Program-made: the position numbers and the translations under genes
Assembly: GCA_029856125.1 (NCBI GenBank)
Contig: JAHQWJ010000119.1
Coordinates: forward strand, 1-21,393
Direction: 5' to 3'
Length of the DNA: 21,393 nucleotides
From: Promethearchaeia archaeon
GTDB taxonomy: Archaea; Asgardarchaeota; Lokiarchaeia; Sigyniarchaeales; SOKP01
Shown here: positions 17,459-21,393 of the stretch, one piece after another
Layout: each line of letters starts with the position of its first letter
How positions within the stretch are numbered: the first letter of the stretch is position 1
Notes under the pieces: model-generated
What the model was told of the DNA's origin: nothing
Seen by the model: the letters and a program-made list of their open reading frames with translations, nothing else
Databases searched by the model: none

Positions 17459-18808
17459 ATGGAAAAAGTCATATTTTTAGCTTTAGATGGTCTTAGTTGG
17501 AATATGATTGATGAGCTCCTTGCTGTCAACCGACTTAAAAATTTTCGAAAGATCATCGATACGGGGGTTTCCACTGTTATGAGAGCAGAAGGCTTTTTAA
17601 GTTCTCCGAAAATTTTCTGCTCTATTTTTACCGGAAAAAAAGTAGAAAAGCATGGAATAAGAGATTTTTATTCTAAAGAAGAAGATTTAAAAACCGAACA
17701 AATTTGGGATTTATTAAACGAAAAAGGCTTCAGAGTCGGCGTTTATAGACCGTTGAGTGTTTGGTCTGCGAAAAAATTTGACGGTTTTTGCGTACCCAAC
17801 CCCTTACTTTTAGAGAAAAATACTTATCCTCAAAGTCTAAATTTTATTGGTGAATTAGATAAAAAAGCACGATCAGAGAAGTACTCTATATCTTTTATGA
17901 TTAAAATCTTTTGGAAACTTATGACATTTGGTTTTCCATTAACACAGCTTCTTAAAATAATAAAAAGAAGTATATTGTTAGCTTTTAAAAAAGGCTTGGA
18001 AGAAAGGATGTATCTTTTAAAAGAATTAGAATTAATAATTCATACAAATTTGTATTACAGGTTATTAAAAAAATATTCCTTAGATTTTTCTGTATTTTTT
18101 GATTATTCATTTGATACTCTTGGTCATATATATTGGAGAAAAAAAGGAGAGGAGTCGAAATATTCTGATGTTGTTCCTAATACTTATAGAATTATCGATA
18201 AATTCGTGGGGAAAGTAAATGACTATGCTAAAAAGAACAATTTTCATTTAATTATCTGCTCTGATCATGGATTTGAAAAAAAGGAAAAGCAAAATCAAAG
18301 AAGTTTTCGAGCGATCAATATTTTAAATCTATTAAGAGAACTTGGTTTTTATTACGACATTTACGGCATCTACATGACAGAAAGCGTAGTTTTTCGGTTG
18401 AGACCTGACTCACTAGGTTCGTTAAGAGATTTCGAAAACGCAATCGAGTCGATTAGGTGCGAAGGAGTTGAACTTTTTACTATCAAATCTTACGAAAAAA
18501 AGTTAATACTTAGAATAAACGATGTTTTTGGAGATAATAAAAGTTTAAAAGTCGATTTACCAAATAAGAAAACCGTGAGTTTAGATTCTATCATCGATTT
18601 TAACCCCGGACACACGGGTTCTCATTCTGAGGACAACGGCGTTTTTATATTTAATGGACCTCGCATTAAAGAAGGTTTTAGAATTAAGGAGATAACTCCC
18701 TATGACGTAACACCAACAATTTTGGCATTGAGTGATCAACCAATACCTTCTGATGTTGATGGTAGAGTTTTAAAAGAATTTTTTAAAGAAAAACCAGAAC
18801 TTATTTGA
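17459..18808 (+). CDS. Alkaline phosphatase superfamily protein (nucleotide pyrophosphatase/phosphodiesterase-like)
   Basis: LALDG, SSPKIFCSIFTG...HGI (nucleophile region), DTLGH, CSDHG, GSH, DVTPTIL, DGRVL. Confidence 0.88.
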   Translation: MEKVIFLALDGLSWNMIDELLAVNRLKNFRKIIDTGVSTVMRAEGFLSSPKIFCSIFTGKKVEKHGIRDFYSKEEDLKTEQIWDLLNEKGFRVGVYRPLSVWSAKKFDGFCVPNPLLLEKNTYPQSLNFIGELDKKARSEKYSISFMIKIFWKLMTFGFPLTQLLKIIKRSILLAFKKGLEERMYLLKELELIIHTNLYYRLLKKYSLDFSVFFDYSFDTLGHIYWRKKGEESKYSDVVPNTYRIIDKFVGKVNDYAKKNNFHLIICSDHGFEKKEKQNQRSFRAINILNLLRELGFYYDIYGIYMTESVVFRLRPDSLGSLRDFENAIESIRCEGVELFTIKSYEKKLILRINDVFGDNKSLKVDLPNKKTVSLDSIIDFNPGHTGSHSEDNGVFIFNGPRIKEGFRIKEITPYDVTPTILALSDQPIPSDVDGRVLKEFFKEKPELI

Positions 18809-20066
18809 AAATCTTATATATTGGTCTGCTCCTTCCATCAGATTGTTTAGTTATTAATTCAAATTTGTTTAAACACGAATGTTTAATAATAAACCTGACA
18901 AACTGCTCGTTGTCGTAGTTCACGAAGGCGTTACGCATTATTTTCTCGCTAGGGTCGTGTGGTTGAAAATACATCGTCTTTAGTTTCAAACTGCCTAAAA
19001 ATTTAATTAAGTTCAGATAGAGTCCCTTTTCTCTTAAGAAGTGATGAAAAATGTTAAGCGCTAATACTATATCGTAATCTAATTTTTCATTCAAATCAAA
19101 AATAGATTTATTTATTATTTTAAACTTCTTGCCCTCAATATCTCTTAGTTTTTTCATATAATAAACATTGCTGGGTCTAATTTCAACAGCATAGCAATCA
19201 AATCCCAAATCCTCGAATTTGTGGCAAAAGTAAGCAATATTCGCTCCAATATCCAGTAATGATCCCTTTTCAATTGTTAGATTCTTACTTATTATTACGA
19301 ATCTTTGATCCGTATAGGAAGATTTAAACCTTAAATCAGGGTGGATTAGTGGTTGGTAAAGTTCTCCATGAATAGATTGAAATTTTAAGAAATCGCTGCT
19401 AAATTTGAGCCACAAAGGGTGTCTGATCACGATCTTAACAGTGACATCTTTTACTTTTAACAGCTTTAGAAGGGAAATGATAAACAACCCATCAAACACA
19501 ACAAAATTTCCCCCCCTTTCTATACCTACTTTAATATTTTCTATAGATTTATTTGGTTTGAAGTTTTGATATGTATTTTCCAAAGTATTTAAAAACTTTA
19601 GAAATTCTCTTTGGTCTGAACAACCAGCGACAAGTTGATTGGAAGTAATTTTATCGATAAATTCCTTAAATGCACCAATATCTTCCCATTTTAATTTTTT
19701 AATTAAACGAGATTCAAGTAGATTGTATTCTCTGGTTTCAACAATGGGGATCAAACTACCAGAAGAATCCCAGTCGTTTGTAAGATTTGGCAAATTCATC
19801 AATATGTTATCTCTCGTTTGTATCGAATGATTTATTCTGTTAAGTTCCACTTTATAGCTATTAACCTGATACTTGGAAGGATCAAAATTTTTATTTTCAA
19901 TAATCAGCTCAATAAACCAGAATTTATCGTACGCTTTATATATTAATTTCTTAAAATAGGGAACAATTTCAAAAATCCTCCAAGCGTAAAATCGATAAAA
20001 AGTGTTTTTCAATTTCGGAATTTTATCAAAAAAATACCAAATCGTTCGAATTATTTTTTTTTTCAT
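18801..20066 (-). CDS. Class I SAM-dependent methyltransferase with N-terminal ParB/Srx-like domain
   Basis: C domain: LLDIGANIAYF, YAVE, YDIVLALNIFHHF. N domain: IKVGIERGG.FVVFDG....LLKLLKVKDVTVKIVIRHPLW. The start overlaps the upstream GT4 stop (ATGA, 20063-20066). Confidence 0.75.
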   Translation of the reverse strand: MKKKIIRTIWYFFDKIPKLKNTFYRFYAWRIFEIVPYFKKLIYKAYDKFWFIELIIENKNFDPSKYQVNSYKVELNRINHSIQTRDNILMNLPNLTNDWDSSGSLIPIVETREYNLLESRLIKKLKWEDIGAFKEFIDKITSNQLVAGCSDQREFLKFLNTLENTYQNFKPNKSIENIKVGIERGGNFVVFDGLFIISLLKLLKVKDVTVKIVIRHPLWLKFSSDFLKFQSIHGELYQPLIHPDLRFKSSYTDQRFVIISKNLTIEKGSLLDIGANIAYFCHKFEDLGFDCYAVEIRPSNVYYMKKLRDIEGKKFKIINKSIFDLNEKLDYDIVLALNIFHHFLREKGLYLNLIKFLGSLKLKTMYFQPHDPSEKIMRNAFVNYDNEQFVRFIIKHSCLNKFELITKQSDGRSRPIYKIFK

Positions 20067-21271
20067 GATTTATGCTTTATTTTATTATTATTTAATACAC
20101 TCATATAGAGTTTATAGTGTGCATCTGCTGCTTTCTCCCAAGTATAATTCTTTTTAACTCGTTCAAGACTTTTTTTACCCATTTGAGTTAACAACATCCT
20201 GTTATTGAACAGCTCAATAATCTGTTCACTTATCTTTGTTAAGTCCATAAAGTCAGAAGTGTAACCCGTCTCTCCATTTACAATTATCTCACTTGGACCC
20301 ATAATATTAGAACCTATAACAGCTTTACCACATGCCATTGCTTCAACCAAGACAAGTCCAAAAATCTCTTGTCGCGAAGGATATACGATTAAGTCCGCCA
20401 TGGAATAATATTCTGGGAGGTTAAATTTGGAGACATAGCCTACAAGGGTAACATATTTTGATAAATTGTATTGTTGAATTAGGTTTTTAACTATTGGGAG
20501 GTATCCCGCATCTCCTCCAATAATAACTAGTCTTACTTTTTTATTTTTTTTAATCACTAAATTTAGGATTTTTATTAACTTATCCACACCTTTACCTTTA
20601 GCGATACGTCCAACGTACAGTATGATGTCGGAATTTTCTAGACCTAATTTTTTTTTTAAGCTACTCCCATCAACGGGTTTAAAAATATCTGTATTGACAC
20701 CATGGGGAATAAAATGTATGTGATCGTCGTCAGCGCCATATTCCTTTATAATAGGTATCTCCATTTTGGTAACAGCAATGTAATGTGGTTTCAAATATTT
20801 TTTAAGATATCCAGTTGTTTTATCAGAAATCATTTTTGGAATTTTGTCTTTATAATCCCAGTTTATACTGATTCCTCCGTGCGCAGAAATTATTAGTGGT
20901 TTTTTCTTGATAAGCGAGACAATTAATCCGTTATCTTCTTGAAAGCTTCGTAAAGAGTGGGAATGGACAATATCTATATTTTTTTCATTCTTCAATAAAA
21001 AGGGTAGTAGTTTAAACGAAGTTCTATATTCCTTAAATTTTAAGTAAGAATCAAAACGATAAATTTTAAAATTTTTACTTTTTTCTTCGTAAAATTCGGT
21101 TCTTGCCCGTCCAAATTTCCGAATAGCTGACGTAGTATATATATTAGTGGCAATTCCTTTTTTCTCTAGAATTGGAGCAAGTTCCATTATAACATTGTAT
21201 GGTCCGCCTAACTTTCCCGTGAAAAACGGAGTTAACATCGCAATATTAATCATAAGATCTTGGTTCTCCAA
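20063..21271 (-). CDS. Glycosyltransferase family 4 (GT-B)
   Basis: IAMLTPFF..GG, DIVHSH, ISAHG, IPHGVN, YVGRIAKGKG, EIFGLVLVEAMACG, YTW. Start is TTG 21271 or ATG 21253. Confidence 0.93.
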   Translation of the reverse strand: MENQDLMINIAMLTPFFTGKLGGPYNVIMELAPILEKKGIATNIYTTSAIRKFGRARTEFYEEKSKNFKIYRFDSYLKFKEYRTSFKLLPFLLKNEKNIDIVHSHSLRSFQEDNGLIVSLIKKKPLIISAHGGISINWDYKDKIPKMISDKTTGYLKKYLKPHYIAVTKMEIPIIKEYGADDDHIHFIPHGVNTDIFKPVDGSSLKKKLGLENSDIILYVGRIAKGKGVDKLIKILNLVIKKNKKVRLVIIGGDAGYLPIVKNLIQQYNLSKYVTLVGYVSKFNLPEYYSMADLIVYPSRQEIFGLVLVEAMACGKAVIGSNIMGPSEIIVNGETGYTSDFMDLTKISEQIIELFNNRMLLTQMGKKSLERVKKNYTWEKAADAHYKLYMSVLNNNKIKHKS

Positions 21272-21282
21272 TAAATTCTATA

Positions 21283-21393
21283 TTAACTTAATTGGTTCTT
21301 TTCTTTAATCAAATCGAGCATTATTTTTTTCAAATCATTCAAAATATTTGGCCACATATAGTGCTTCTTAATTAATTCGTAGCCTCGCAGACC
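21283..21393 (-). CDS. C-terminal end of another GT4 glycosyltransferase (partial)
   Basis: Hand translation GLRGYELIKKHYMWPNILNDLKKIMLDLIKEKNQLS* matches the GT4 terminal G..g...i...Y.W helix pattern seen in the neighbouring GT4s. Confidence 0.7.
   Translation of the reverse strand, partial: GLRGYELIKKHYMWPNILNDLKKIMLDLIKEKNQLS

Noticed and set aside
20054-20657. Homopolymer runs (T10 at 20054-20063 and 20648-20657; also A9 at 2278-2286) as phase-variation tracts
   Set aside because: A/T runs encoding Lys stretches are expected at this composition, and all frames are intact.
2670-20896. Short ORFs in the track (2670-2858, 4993-5181, 5563-5823, 6101-6421, 6162-6365, 6568-6927, 8242-8565, 10272-10511, 12433-12657, 12579-12785, 13553-13741, 14742-15032, 15767-16018, 19639-19830, 20702-20896)
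   Set aside because: All overlap well-supported longer genes, antisense or out of frame, and show no recognisable motifs; treated as shadow ORFs.
1-21393. CRISPR arrays, tRNA/rRNA genes, IS elements
   Set aside because: No spaced repeats, cloverleaf or rRNA-like GC-rich segments, transposase motifs or terminal inverted repeats were recognised by eye.

Overview
AT-rich window (roughly 25-35% GC by eye) made up almost entirely of a surface-glycan/glycosylation gene cluster with frequent strand switches. Protein style, scarcity of Shine-Dalgarno sites and TATA-like boxes suggest an archaeon, possibly Asgard/Lokiarchaeia-like; this is inference only. Contents: a DPM1-like GT2 divergent from a GT-C-like membrane protein; a deletion scar with truncated wecB and tagF-like pseudogenes; a co-oriented trio of TagF/TagB-like CDP-polyol phosphotransferase, HTH-extended LicC/PntC-type cytidylyltransferase and GlpT/UhpT-type organophosphate antiporter; four GT4s (one partial, one apparently starting at CTG); a heparinase II/III-like protein, a bi-domain oxidoreductase and a degenerate copy of its N-terminal domain; a flippase; an alkaline-phosphatase-superfamily enzyme; and a ParB/Srx-like-methyltransferase fusion. 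The strongest candidate for an undescribed system is the trio, read as a kinase-free 'import - CDP-activate - transfer' route for decorating glycans with an organophosphate or phosphonate. No rRNA, tRNA, CRISPR array or mobile element was recognised.
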